This document shows positions 1 to 9,394 of a stretch of DNA of 64,000 nt, one piece after another (within the stretch, counting starts at the first letter, position 1; the number at the start of each line of letters is the position of its first letter). Location of the stretch: assembly GCA_964408735.1 (NCBI GenBank), contig CAYPAX010000007.1, positions 1,450 to 65,449 on the forward strand, in the 5' to 3' direction. Both the position numbers and the translations under genes were made by a program. The DNA is from an uncultured Rhodospirillaceae bacterium (GTDB lineage Bacteria > Pseudomonadota > Alphaproteobacteria > UBA7887). Under the pieces are notes generated by a model. That model made no database searches. It was given only the letters and a program-made list of their open reading frames with translations, and had not been told where the DNA came from.

Positions 1-1215
1 ATCGCCGCCGCGGCGACGGTGGTCGAGGCCGACTACAGCTACCCGTACCAGAACCACGCGACGATGGAGCCGATGAATGCAACGGCGCTCTGGACCCCCG
101 AAAAGTGCGAGGTCTGGTGCCCAACCCAGAACGGCGAAGCGGCGTTCGCCGCCACCGTCGAGGCAGCGGAACTGCCAGTCGAGCGTTGCGATGTGCACAA
201 GCTCCATCTCGGCGGCGGCTTCGGCCGACGCGGCGCCTTTCATGAATATGTGCGCCAGGCCGTGCTCATCGCCAAGCAAATGCCCGGGGTTCCGGTGAAG
301 CTGCTGTGGACGCGCGAAGAAGACATGACGCACGGCCACTACCATCCCATCACCAAGGCGCGGCTTGCGGGTGGATTGGACGAGAACGGCGAACTCGTCG
401 GTTTGCGTGTGCGCCTGTCAGGGCAATCGATCCTGGCCGCCGTGAGGCCGACGCGCATGCGCGAGGACGGTGCCGACCCGATCACCTTCCAGGGCCTGTT
501 ATCCGGAGGCGACCACGGCTTCATATACAGCGTGCCCAACCTGTTGGCAGACCACGCCATGCGCAATCCCCATGTGCCGCCAGGCTTCTGGCGTGGCGTC
601 AACATCAACCAGAATGCGATCTACCTCGAGTGCTTCCTGGACGAGCTGGCGCACGCGGCGGGCAAGGATGCGCTCGCCTTTCGGCAAAAGCTCCTGGCCG
701 ACGAACCGAAAGCGCTGGCGGTGCTGAATGCGGTGGCCGAACGCGCCGGCTGGGGCACGCCGGCGCCGGCCGGGGTGCATCGCGGGCTTGCCGTGTGCAA
801 GGCGTTCGCGAGCTACATCGCGTCCTGTGCCGAGGCTTCGGTCGCCGAAGACGGAACCCTTACCGTGCACCGTATCGTCGCCGCCACCGACAGCGGCCAT
901 GTGGTCAACCCGCAGCAAGTCGAGGCGCAGGTCGAAGGCTCTTTCGTCTACGGGCTTTCCGCCTTGCTCTATGGCGCCTGCACGGTCAAGGCCGGGCGCA
1001 TCGAGCAGGAGAACTTCGACACGTACAACTCGCTGCGTATCGCAGAAATGCCGGCGGTCGAGACCATCGTCATGCCGTCGGGAGGCTTCTGGGGCGGCGT
1101 CGGCGAGCCCACCATCGCGGTGGCGGCGCCGGCGGTGCTGAACGCCATTTTCCGCGCGACCGGCAAGCGCATCCGGCATTTCCCCCTCAGGAATGCCGAT
1201 TTGAGTGCCGCGTGA
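1..1215 (+). CDS. Xanthine dehydrogenase/aldehyde oxidase family molybdopterin-binding subunit (IorB-like), 3' portion; 5' end lies outside the window
   Basis: Frame is open from nt 1. The translation carries molybdopterin-binding large-subunit motifs (GGGFGRRG, C-terminal dimerisation region). Stop at 1213-1215. Confidence 0.75.
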   Translation: MAAAATVVEADYSYPYQNHATMEPMNATALWTPEKCEVWCPTQNGEAAFAATVEAAELPVERCDVHKLHLGGGFGRRGAFHEYVRQAVLIAKQMPGVPVKLLWTREEDMTHGHYHPITKARLAGGLDENGELVGLRVRLSGQSILAAVRPTRMREDGADPITFQGLLSGGDHGFIYSVPNLLADHAMRNPHVPPGFWRGVNINQNAIYLECFLDELAHAAGKDALAFRQKLLADEPKALAVLNAVAERAGWGTPAPAGVHRGLAVCKAFASYIASCAEASVAEDGTLTVHRIVAATDSGHVVNPQQVEAQVEGSFVYGLSALLYGACTVKAGRIEQENFDTYNSLRIAEMPAVETIVMPSGGFWGGVGEPTIAVAAPAVLNAIFRATGKRIRHFPLRNADLSAA

Positions 1216-1222
1216 TGGGGTG

Positions 1223-1681
1223 ATGGCAATGCCGGCGGCTCGGTGCGCTGCGTGGTGGCTGCCGATTGCGCTGCTGATGACAAACGGCGCTGCTGCGGAG
1301 CCGGTGGTCGGCGACACCATTCCGGAGGCCTTGAGCGATAGCCCCGGCGATGCCGCCAACGGTCAAACTGTCTTCGTCGATCGCGACCGCGGTCATTGCG
1401 TGTTGTGTCATCGCGTGGCTGGACTCGACGAGCCGTTTCAGGGAGACATCGGCCCTGACCTGTCGGCCGTCGGCGAGCGCTTGAGTCCGGCGCAGATGCG
1501 CCTTCGCCTGGTCGATCCGACACGGCTCAACCCGGACACGGCCATGCCCGCCTATCACCGAACGCACGATCTCCGCCAAGTCGCCGAAGCCTATGTCGGC
1601 GTGCCCGTGCTGACGGCGCAGGAGGTCGAGGATGTGGTGGCCTATCTCGCAACCCTGCGGCGCCAGGAGACGGTGGAGTGA
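1223..1681 (+). CDS. soxX: Monohaem c-type cytochrome SoxX
   Basis: About 150 aa with an N-terminal signal peptide and a single CVLCH haem motif. It sits immediately upstream of soxYZA. The ORF opens at GTG 1205; ATG 1223 or 1229 are more likely starts. Confidence 0.7.
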   Translation: MAMPAARCAAWWLPIALLMTNGAAAEPVVGDTIPEALSDSPGDAANGQTVFVDRDRGHCVLCHRVAGLDEPFQGDIGPDLSAVGERLSPAQMRLRLVDPTRLNPDTAMPAYHRTHDLRQVAEAYVGVPVLTAQEVEDVVAYLATLRRQETVE

Positions 1682-2133
1682 CCAAAGCATCAACCAGACG
1701 GGGCTTCATGATCGGTGCAGGGGCAGCCATCGTCACGCTGCGCGCCCTGCCTGTCCAAGCGACGCCGGAGAGCATGAAGGCCGCCATCAATGCGGCCTTC
1801 GGCGATGCCGCCATCCAAGAAGGAAAAGTCACCGTTACCCTGCCGCCGATCAGCGAGAACGGGAACTCGGTCGGTCTGACGGTCGAAGTCGATTGCGCCA
1901 TGACCGAGGCGGATCATGTGCGTTCGATCCATGTGTTCTCGGAGCAGAACCCGCTGCCTGACGTGGCACGCTACCATCTCAATGCGAGGTCGGGCCGGGC
2001 ACGGCTGACGACGCGAATTCGCCTCGCCGACTCCCAAGCCATCGTCGCCGTCGCGACCATGAGCGACGGCACGCTCTGGTCGGGCTCGGCCAAGAGCATC
2101 GTTGCGCTCTCGGCCTGCGTTGATCTGATATGA
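1678..2133 (+). CDS. soxY: SoxY-family sulfur carrier protein with a non-canonical C-terminus
   Basis: Twin-arginine signal (TRRGFMIGAGAA). The core aligns with SoxY (ADHV...NPxPxV...RIRLA..Q.IVAVA.MSDG). GTGA overlap with soxX. The C-terminus is ...ALSACVDLI rather than the usual GGCGG swinging arm. Confidence 0.7.
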   Translation: MTKASTRRGFMIGAGAAIVTLRALPVQATPESMKAAINAAFGDAAIQEGKVTVTLPPISENGNSVGLTVEVDCAMTEADHVRSIHVFSEQNPLPDVARYHLNARSGRARLTTRIRLADSQAIVAVATMSDGTLWSGSAKSIVALSACVDLI

Positions 2134-2143
2134 GGCAGGAGCA

Positions 2144-2464
2144 ATGACCAAGATCCGCCTTGCCGTGCCGGAGACCGCCAAAGCGGGCGAGGTCATCGAG
2201 ATCAAGACCCTGATCGCCCATCCGATGGAAACGGGGTTTCGTCGCGACGCTGTCGGCAAGGCAATCCCGCGCGACATCATCACCGATTTCGCTTGCCTCT
2301 ATAACGGCGAAGAGGTCTTCCGCGCCGCTTTCCAGCCGGCAGTGGCGGCCAATCCGTATCTGACGTTCTTCACCACAGCGATGGACAGCGGTGAGTTGGT
2401 GTTTGTCTGGACAGATCAGCACGGCAACACCTATACCGACACCGCCTCGATCACGGTCGAATGA
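2144..2464 (+). CDS. soxZ: Thiosulfate oxidation carrier complex protein SoxZ
   Basis: 106 aa of SoxZ-like sequence with an AGGAG RBS 6 nt upstream. It follows soxY. Confidence 0.75.
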   Translation: MTKIRLAVPETAKAGEVIEIKTLIAHPMETGFRRDAVGKAIPRDIITDFACLYNGEEVFRAAFQPAVAANPYLTFFTTAMDSGELVFVWTDQHGNTYTDTASITVE

Positions 2465-3222
2465 ACGCCGTCCGCTCCGTAATTTTCGCAGCTTTCCTCT
2501 GGGCAAGCGCCGCCGCAGCGGACGAATTGCTGTCCGGCTATGCCTTTCAGTCTCCGGATACGCAGGCGCTGCAGGACGATCCCTTTGCCAACCCCGGAAT
2601 GCTTTGGGTCGACGCCGGCAGGGATCTCTGGCAATACGCCGACGGCACCGCCGAAAAGGCATGTGCCGCATGCCATGGACCGGATGGCAATGAGATGGCA
2701 GGCGTCGCAGCACGCTATCCGGCTTATGACCGACAGGAACGACATCTGGTCAATCTGGAGCAGCGGATCAACCTGTGCCGCAGCCGCCATCAGGATGCGT
2801 CCCCGCTACCCTACGAATCGGAAGACCTGCTGTCGCTGACCGCTTTCGTTGCCCATCAATCGAATAGCATGTCCATCGATGTGAGCGTCGCTGGCGAGGC
2901 GCGGCCGTTTTTCGAGGCGGGCCGGGCCTACTACACGCAGCGACGGGGGCAGCTCAATCTCGCCTGCCGCCACTGTCATGAGGACAATGCGGGCAAGATG
3001 CTGCGCGGCGATCGCCTGAGCCAAGGCCACGCAAACGGCTACCCGACATATAGGCTGGAATGGCAGACGCTCGGGTCATTGCATCGCAGGCTGCGTTTTT
3101 GCGACCGCGGCGTCCGCGCGGAGCCGCATGCCTTCGGTTCCTCCGAATATGTCAATCTCGAGCTGTTCCTGGCTTGGCGCGCGACTGGATTGAGAATCGA
3201 ATCCCCGGCTGTCCGCCGCTAG
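2461..3222 (+). CDS. soxA: Dihaem cytochrome c SoxA
   Basis: 253 aa with a signal peptide and two haem motifs, CAACH and CRHCH. ATGA overlap with soxZ. Confidence 0.75.
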   Translation: MNAVRSVIFAAFLWASAAAADELLSGYAFQSPDTQALQDDPFANPGMLWVDAGRDLWQYADGTAEKACAACHGPDGNEMAGVAARYPAYDRQERHLVNLEQRINLCRSRHQDASPLPYESEDLLSLTAFVAHQSNSMSIDVSVAGEARPFFEAGRAYYTQRRGQLNLACRHCHEDNAGKMLRGDRLSQGHANGYPTYRLEWQTLGSLHRRLRFCDRGVRAEPHAFGSSEYVNLELFLAWRATGLRIESPAVRR

Positions 3223-3259
3223 AGCGCTTCATCATATAATCTCTCTGATGGATGAGGCG

Positions 3260-4066
3260 TCACGTCGGGAGACCGTCGACGAAATCGAGCATGGCCTGGG
3301 CGGCGGCGGTGCCGTGGCTCAGGACCACGCCGTGGCGGGCATTGGCGCAGAGGAGCAGCTTCGCCCCGGGCACCCGCGAATGGGTCTCGGCTAGGGTCGG
3401 CGGCGACAGGAAGGGGCTCGAATCGCCGGCGATCATCAGCGTCGGCACGCTGATGCGGCCGAGCTCGTCCGACAAATCGACATCGGCCAGCATGTCGCCC
3501 TGGCCGAGCACCACGCTCGCGTCGCAGGCCGATTGGCAGGCGTGGAACCAGTCCCATTCGGCTTGGGCAATGCCGTTCGCGAAGAAGCGCCGGTCCATCA
3601 TGGTCTCGGACCAGGCGGACATGCCGTCGCCCTCGATCTGCTCGCGCCAGGTACCGAGGCCCGAGACGGCGATGCCCTTATGCGGCGCGGTGCAGGAAAT
3701 CAGGCTGAGGAGGGACTCACCGTGATGAATGGCGAGGTAATAGCCAAGCGCACCGCCCATCGATTCGCCTACGTAATGAAAGCGCACGGCGCCCGCCGCC
3801 TCGGCCACCGCCAGGGCATCGGCGGCCAGGCCCGGTATCGACCAGTCGTAACCCATGCCGGCCTCCGCCGAGCGGCCATAGCCGCGCACGTCGAAGCGCA
3901 CCAGGCGAAAGCGCCGCGACAGGATCGGCCACCATTTGCACCAGATACGATGGTCGATGCCGACGCCGTGGTGGAACAGCACCGTCTCGGGCGCGCGCTC
4001 CCACGGCGGCGTGAGGTCGATGATGTCGTACCAGATATTGCCGTGGGCGGTTTGCAGCGTGGCCAT
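3260..4066 (-). CDS. Alpha/beta-fold hydrolase
   Basis: GESMGG nucleophile elbow and HHGVG oxyanion region. Start chosen at MATLQTAHG (ATG 4066..4064); the ORF's upstream extension looks spurious. Confidence 0.7.
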   Translation of the reverse strand: MATLQTAHGNIWYDIIDLTPPWERAPETVLFHHGVGIDHRIWCKWWPILSRRFRLVRFDVRGYGRSAEAGMGYDWSIPGLAADALAVAEAAGAVRFHYVGESMGGALGYYLAIHHGESLLSLISCTAPHKGIAVSGLGTWREQIEGDGMSAWSETMMDRRFFANGIAQAEWDWFHACQSACDASVVLGQGDMLADVDLSDELGRISVPTLMIAGDSSPFLSPPTLAETHSRVPGAKLLLCANARHGVVLSHGTAAAQAMLDFVDGLPT

Positions 4067-4173
4067 GCCATGTCTCTCCCTGAAAGCTGTCGGCGGAATT
4101 TGGTATAGGCGGAAGTGGCGTCCTTTGGCGAGCCCGCTATGATGGCGCTCCCCGCAACCCTGCCCGGACCGCC

Positions 4174-4848
4174 ATGCCCAGCTCGCCACGCCCCAAAGAT
4201 GCCGCCACGCTCATATTGCTGCGCCACAGCCACGGCGCGGCCGAGGTGTTGCTTGGACAGCGCCATGCTCGGCACGCCTTCATGCCCAACCGCTACGTCT
4301 TTCCCGGCGGCCGGGTCGATGCCTATGACCACCGGGTGCGGGTGGCGAGCGAGCTTCGCCCCGAGGTCCGCGACCGTCTCGAGCGTGCGGCCACGTCGGC
4401 CCGCGCCCATGCGCTGGCGGTGGCGGCGGTTCGCGAAACCTGGGAGGAGACCGGCCTGCTCCTGGCGCAACCGTTGCCTTACGGTATGCGCCCCACCACG
4501 CGGGCGCCTTGGGATGCGTTCAGCGAGCGCGGCCTGGCGCCGGCGTTGGATTGCCTGGACTATATCTATCGCGCGGTGACTCCACCGGGGCGACCGCGGC
4601 GTTTCAATGCGCGCTTCTTCCTGGCCGATGCGGCCAATGCCACGGGCGAGCTGGGCGGCGATGGCGAGCTGCTGGACCTACGCTGGGTGCCGCTTGACGA
4701 TGCGCTTTCGTTGCCGATTCCCCAGGTCACGCACCTGGTACTCGAGGAAGTGCGGCGCATCATGGAGACGCGCCCGGACATGCCCAAACACCGGCCGCTG
4801 CCGCGCTTTCAGACCGTCAACGGCCGCTTCGTCTTCGACCACGAATAG
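4174..4848 (+). CDS. NUDIX hydrolase
   Basis: Nudix box GGRVD...RETWEETG. Confidence 0.7.
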   Translation: MPSSPRPKDAATLILLRHSHGAAEVLLGQRHARHAFMPNRYVFPGGRVDAYDHRVRVASELRPEVRDRLERAATSARAHALAVAAVRETWEETGLLLAQPLPYGMRPTTRAPWDAFSERGLAPALDCLDYIYRAVTPPGRPRRFNARFFLADAANATGELGGDGELLDLRWVPLDDALSLPIPQVTHLVLEEVRRIMETRPDMPKHRPLPRFQTVNGRFVFDHE

Positions 4849-4851
4849 GCG

Positions 4852-5316
4852 CTATTCGTCCTCGATCCGCTCGACCTTGAGCACGGTGCCGTCGACGTCG
4901 ACGACCTTGACCTCGGTACCGACCGGCATGTCCTCGCCCGCCACCAGCCACAGGCTGTCGCCGACCCGCGCCCGGCCACGGCCGTTGCTGATGGGCTCAG
5001 CCAGAGTGTAGACACGGCCGATATGCTGGTCGCCGCGGCGGTTGAGGTCGGGCCTGTCCGTCTCGACCTGTCCCGGGCGCCAGAATTTGCGCCCGACATA
5101 GATGCTGGCGATCGAGAGTGCCGAGAACACCAGCAGTTGATAGCGCCAGTCGAACTCCGGCAAGGCCAGCAGCAGCAGGCCTGTGACGCCGGCCGAGACG
5201 CCGAGCCAGAGGAACAGGGTTCCCGGCAGCAGCACCTCGAGAATGATGAAGGCGACACCGGCGATCCACCAATGCCAGTATTGGACTTCGGTAAAGAAGG
5301 CAGGATCCATTTCCAT
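4852..5316 (-). CDS. NfeD-family membrane protein
   Basis: Two N-terminal TM helices and a C-terminal OB-like domain. It lies immediately downstream of an SPFH gene, the usual pairing. Confidence 0.7.
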   Translation of the reverse strand: MEMDPAFFTEVQYWHWWIAGVAFIILEVLLPGTLFLWLGVSAGVTGLLLLALPEFDWRYQLLVFSALSIASIYVGRKFWRPGQVETDRPDLNRRGDQHIGRVYTLAEPISNGRGRARVGDSLWLVAGEDMPVGTEVKVVDVDGTVLKVERIEDE

Positions 5317-5319
5317 GGC

Positions 5320-6273
5320 TCAGGCGTCCCGGTTCCAGGGGCCGTCGCCGCCACGCGCGACGCCGGCCTGTTTGGCCAGCTCGGCAACACCGGCCACGGC
5401 GCCGATCACGCCGGAGGCCTCGAGCGGCATCAGCACCACCTTCTCGTTGTCGGCGCTGGCGATCCCCTGCAAGGCCTCGATATAGCGCTGGGCGATGAAA
5501 TAGTTGATCGCCTGCACGTCGCCGGCGGCGATCGCCTCGGAGACCACTGTCGTCGCCTTGGCTTCGGCTTCGGCCGCGCGCTCGCGCGCCTCGGCCTCGC
5601 GGAAGGCGGCCTCGCGCTTGCCCTCGGCATCGAGCACCACGGCTGCCTTGGCGCCTTCGGCACGCAGGATTTGCGATTGCCGCTCACCCTCGGCCTCGAG
5701 GATCAAGGCCCGGCGCTCGCGCTCGGCCTTCATCTGCCGGGCCATGGAATCGACGAGGTCGCGCGGCGGCGAGATGTCCTTGATCTCGATGCGGGTGATC
5801 TTGACGCCCCAGGGATTGGTGGCCTCGTCGACCACGGTCAGGATGCGGCTGTTGATCTGCTCGCGCTGGGACAGCAGCTCGTCCAGATCCATCGAGCCCA
5901 TCACCGTTCTCAGATTGGTCATGGTCAGGTTGATCGTGGCCAGTTCGAGATTGTTGACCTCGTAGGCCGCCTTCGGCGCGTCGAGAATCTGGAAGAAGAC
6001 GACGCCGTCGACCGTCACCATGGCGTTGTCCTTGGTGATGATCTCCTGGCTCGGCACGTCGAGCACCTGCTCCATCATGTTGAGCTTGGCGCCGATGCCG
6101 TCGACGATCGGCACGATAAGGTTGAGGCCAGGCCGCAGGGTCTTGGTGTAGCGCCCGAAACGCTCGACCGTGTATTCGCGGCCCTGGGGGACGGACTTGA
6201 CCCCCATGAAAACCAGAATAACTGCCAGAACCAGGACCACGAGGACGAAAATCGTCAAGCCGGTGGGTTCCAT
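5320..6273 (-). CDS. SPFH/band-7 (stomatin-like) protein
   Basis: N-terminal TM helix, SPFH domain, Ala/Glu-rich coiled-coil tail. Start placed at MEPTGLTIF. Confidence 0.75.
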   Translation of the reverse strand: MEPTGLTIFVLVVLVLAVILVFMGVKSVPQGREYTVERFGRYTKTLRPGLNLIVPIVDGIGAKLNMMEQVLDVPSQEIITKDNAMVTVDGVVFFQILDAPKAAYEVNNLELATINLTMTNLRTVMGSMDLDELLSQREQINSRILTVVDEATNPWGVKITRIEIKDISPPRDLVDSMARQMKAERERRALILEAEGERQSQILRAEGAKAAVVLDAEGKREAAFREAEARERAAEAEAKATTVVSEAIAAGDVQAINYFIAQRYIEALQGIASADNEKVVLMPLEASGVIGAVAGVAELAKQAGVARGGDGPWNRDA

Positions 6274-6402
6274 TATCCGTTCCCTGTATGCTGTGCCAAA
6301 GTGGCGACCGGTCGGGGAGGGCAATTGTTAAGCGCCCTCCTCACTGGACTTACGATAAAGTGGTACCGCGACAGACGAGTATCGGCAAGAGAGTGATAAC
6401 GG

Positions 6403-6981
6403 ATGGTGGATTCTGACAAGAGCACGGATAAGGCTGGATCGGGCTATCACATAGAGCAGGGGCGGATCGGGGACCTGGTCGGCGAGGTCATGACCCTGTT
6501 CGCCTCGATGCAGTCGTTTCGCCGGGGATTGGCGTCGATTCGCCATCCCAAGCAGGAAGAAGACCGCTTCGATACCATCGCCGACCAGCTCGACGCCATC
6601 ATCGCCGCCACTGAGGAAGCCACCAATGTCATCATGGATGCGGTCGAGCGCATCTCGGACATGATCATCGAGCGCCGTAGCGAGCTTGACGGTGCGGGCT
6701 TGAGCGAGTGGGCCGACGGCATCGACACCGAGTTCCAGAAGGTCTTCGAGGCCTGCTCGTTCCAGGACATCACCGGCCAGCGCATCGGCAAGGTGGTGGA
6801 AGAGCTCAAGTTCATGAACGACAAGCTCGCCTCCATGGTCGAGATCTGGGGTCCGGAGGCGCTGTCTGCGGAGCCTCTGGCAGACAAAAAGAAAGACGTG
6901 CCCGAGGGCGAGGTCCTGGAGGGCCCGGCCCTCGAAGGCAAGGGCGTCAGCCAGGGCGATATCGACAAGCTGTTCGACTGA
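6403..6981 (+). CDS. cheZ: CheZ-like protein phosphatase (orphan)
   Basis: The motif FQDITGQR matches the catalytic D..Q region of CheZ. The acidic helical architecture and the ~190 aa size are typical of alphaproteobacterial CheZ homologues. Confidence 0.55.
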   Translation: MVDSDKSTDKAGSGYHIEQGRIGDLVGEVMTLFASMQSFRRGLASIRHPKQEEDRFDTIADQLDAIIAATEEATNVIMDAVERISDMIIERRSELDGAGLSEWADGIDTEFQKVFEACSFQDITGQRIGKVVEELKFMNDKLASMVEIWGPEALSAEPLADKKKDVPEGEVLEGPALEGKGVSQGDIDKLFD

Positions 6982-6993
6982 CGGCGCACACAG

Positions 6994-7159
6994 ACGGTGA
7001 CAGTTACCTATTATTTCGGTATTTATCGTTTATTTTCAAAATATTGCGGAGACTTTGGCCTGAGCCTGTTGTGGCAAGGATCGACCGAGCTCGATCGAAA
7101 GACTCGTAACACATTGATATCAACCGAAAAGATTCTGAGTAATAGGTAACTGTCACCGT
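6994..7159. mobile_element. MITE-like element: perfect 20-bp terminal inverted repeats (ACGGTGACAGTTACCTATTA) around a 126-bp AT-rich core
   Basis: IR-L 6994-7013 and IR-R 7140-7159 are exact reverse complements. The core is about 40% GC in a roughly 68% GC background. The element lies between two convergent gene ends. Confidence 0.5.
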
Positions 7160-7162
7160 TTG

Positions 7163-8335
7163 TTAGGCGGTTTCGTCGAACAGTTCGCGGCCGATCAGCA
7201 TGCGCCGGATCTCGCTGGTGCCGGCGCCGATCTCGTAGAGCTTGGCGTCGCGCAGCAGCCGCCCGGTCGGGCTTTCGCTGATATAGCCGGTGCCACCCAG
7301 GGCCTGGATCGCCTCCAGCGCCATCCAGGTCGCCTTTTCCGCCGCATAGAGGATGACGCCAGCGGAATCCTTGCGCGTGGTCTCGCCGCGGTCGCAGGCC
7401 TTGGCGACAGAATAGGCGTAGGCCTTGCAGGCGTTCATGGTGGTGTACATGTCGGCGAGCTTGCCCTGCATGAGCTGGAAAGTGCCGATGGGCCGGCCGA
7501 ACTGCTCGCGCTGGTGCACATAGGGCACGACGATATCCATGCAGGCCTGCATGATGCCGAGCGGCCCGCCGGCCAGCACCGTGCGCTCGTGGTCGAGGCC
7601 GCTCATCAGCACCGCGACGCCGCCGCCGACCTCGCCGAGCACGTTCTCTTCCGGCACTTCGCAGTCCTCGAACACCAGCTCGCAGGTGTTGGAGCCGCGC
7701 ATGCCGAGCTTGTCGAGCTTCTGGGCGGTGGAAAACCCGGCGAAATCCTTCTCGATGAGGAACGCCGTGATGCCGCGGCTGCCGGCCTCCGGGTCGGTCT
7801 TGGCATAGACCACGAGGGTATCGGCGTTGGGCCCGTTGGTGATCCACATCTTGTTGCCGTTGAGGATGTAGCGCTCGCCACGTTTCTCGGCGCGCAGCTT
7901 CATGCCGACGACATCGGACCCGGCGCCGGGCTCGCTCATGGCCAGGGCGCCGACATGCTCGCCCGAGATCAGCTTCGGCAGGTAGCGCGCCTTTTGTTCG
8001 GGCGTGGCGTTGCGGTTGATCTGGTTGACGCAGAGATTGGCGTGGGCGCCGTAGGACAGCCCGACCGAGGCCGAGCCGCGGCTGATCTCCTCGATCGCCA
8101 CCACCTGCTCGATATAGCCCATGCCGGCGCCGCCATAGGCCTCGTCGGCGGTGATGCCGAGCAGTCCGAGATCGCCGAGCTTGCGCCAGAGGTCGCCGGG
8201 GAAATCGTTGCTCTCGTCGATGGCCTCGGCCCGCGGCGCGATCTCGTCGGCGGTGAAATTGGTCACCGACTCCCGCAACATGTCCACGGTCTCGCCGAGA
8301 TCGAAGTCGAGGGTCGGGTAGCGGTTGGGAATCAT
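7163..8335 (-). CDS. ivd: Isovaleryl-CoA dehydrogenase (acyl-CoA dehydrogenase family)
   Basis: 390 aa from [15 protein letters not shown], with strong ACAD motifs and an IVD-like sequence. The ORF's N-terminal extension is treated as spurious. Confidence 0.8.
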   Translation of the reverse strand: MIPNRYPTLDFDLGETVDMLRESVTNFTADEIAPRAEAIDESNDFPGDLWRKLGDLGLLGITADEAYGGAGMGYIEQVVAIEEISRGSASVGLSYGAHANLCVNQINRNATPEQKARYLPKLISGEHVGALAMSEPGAGSDVVGMKLRAEKRGERYILNGNKMWITNGPNADTLVVYAKTDPEAGSRGITAFLIEKDFAGFSTAQKLDKLGMRGSNTCELVFEDCEVPEENVLGEVGGGVAVLMSGLDHERTVLAGGPLGIMQACMDIVVPYVHQREQFGRPIGTFQLMQGKLADMYTTMNACKAYAYSVAKACDRGETTRKDSAGVILYAAEKATWMALEAIQALGGTGYISESPTGRLLRDAKLYEIGAGTSEIRRMLIGRELFDETA

Positions 8336-8425
8336 GGGGTCCTCAGAGGCTTTGCCAACGTTGCGCCATGCTACGGCTCGAATTGTCTTCGGTCGAGCCG
8401 ATTTCACATATGCTATCCTCGCGCC

Positions 8426-9394
8426 ATGAGCACGGCAGGCGAAGAGTTTCGCGATGACGGGCGCCGGCTGCGGGGGTTGGCGGCGGCTGACGTCAAGCGG
8501 CTGAGCACGCTCGATGGGGGCAGGGCGACGCTGGCGGTGGCGGAGACCTGGGCGGTGATTGGGCTGGCCGCGGCGGCGGCGATCGCCTGGTGGAACCCGC
8601 TGACGGTGATCCTGGCCATCCTGGTCATCGGCAGCCGCCAGCATGCGCTTTTCGTGCTGGCCCACGACGCGGCGCACTACCGGCTATATGGCGCCCGCTG
8701 GCTCAACGATCTGGTCGGCGGGCTGTGCGGCGCGGCGGGTGGCATATCGATGCGGACCTACCGGGTGATCCACCGCCTGCACCACAATCATCTCTACGGT
8801 GCTGAGGATCCGGACGTGGCGCTGGCCGGCGGCTATCCGCGCGGGCGGACCTATCTCGTTCGCAAGCTGCTCACCGACCTTTGTGGCCTGACGGCGCACA
8901 AGACCTACGCCTATTTCTTCGGCCATCCGGCGCTCAACGATGCCCGCGGCGAGGCCATCAAGCCCCTCGACGATACCGCGCCACGCCTGCGCCAAGCCGC
9001 CCGGCGCGACCGGGTGTTCGTCATAGTGCTGCAGGCCGGGCTGCTCGCGGCGGCGATCGCGACGGGCTGGTGGCTGGAATATCTGCTGCTCTGGCTGCTG
9101 CCTGCGGCGACGCTGCTACAAGCCTTGCTGCGCCTGCGGGCGGTCCTGGAGCACGGGGCGGTGCGCGATTTCGACTCGGCGCTGACCGCGGCGCGCACCA
9201 ATACCGCCTCAGCCGTGGTGCTCTGGCTGCTCTTTCCGCACCACGTCAACTACCACATCGAGCATCATCTCTACCCGGCCATCCCCCACTACCATCTGGC
9301 CGAGGCGCATGCCCTGCTGGGACAGAGCGGTGCACTCACGGATGCAGAGGTGTCGCCGGTCGGCCAAAGCCTCGTCCGTGTGTTAGGCGCGTAG
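8426..9394 (+). CDS. Membrane fatty acid desaturase
   Basis: His boxes HDAAH, HRLHH and HIEHH, with TM segments. This is the in-frame ATG within a longer antisense ORF. Confidence 0.7.
   Translation: MSTAGEEFRDDGRRLRGLAAADVKRLSTLDGGRATLAVAETWAVIGLAAAAAIAWWNPLTVILAILVIGSRQHALFVLAHDAAHYRLYGARWLNDLVGGLCGAAGGISMRTYRVIHRLHHNHLYGAEDPDVALAGGYPRGRTYLVRKLLTDLCGLTAHKTYAYFFGHPALNDARGEAIKPLDDTAPRLRQAARRDRVFVIVLQAGLLAAAIATGWWLEYLLLWLLPAATLLQALLRLRAVLEHGAVRDFDSALTAARTNTASAVVLWLLFPHHVNYHIEHHLYPAIPHYHLAEAHALLGQSGALTDAEVSPVGQSLVRVLGA

Noticed and set aside
2100-2133. The odd SoxY C-terminus as a possible frameshift or sequencing error
   Set aside because: I read the codons directly (…GCC TGC GTT GAT CTG ATA TGA). 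No alternative frame nearby yields GGCGG, so I treat the variant terminus as real.
5023-6396. A 457-aa ORF antisense to the NfeD/SPFH genes, and many similar long antisense ORFs (for example 7160-8425 upstream of the desaturase start, 11331-13007, 17395-19209, 20668-22221, 23934-25508, 30017-32392, 42156-43154, 51322-53178)
   Set aside because: They are low-complexity Arg/Ala/Gly/Pro-rich translations, typical of the non-coding strand in high-GC DNA. In each case the opposite strand encodes a recognisable protein family.
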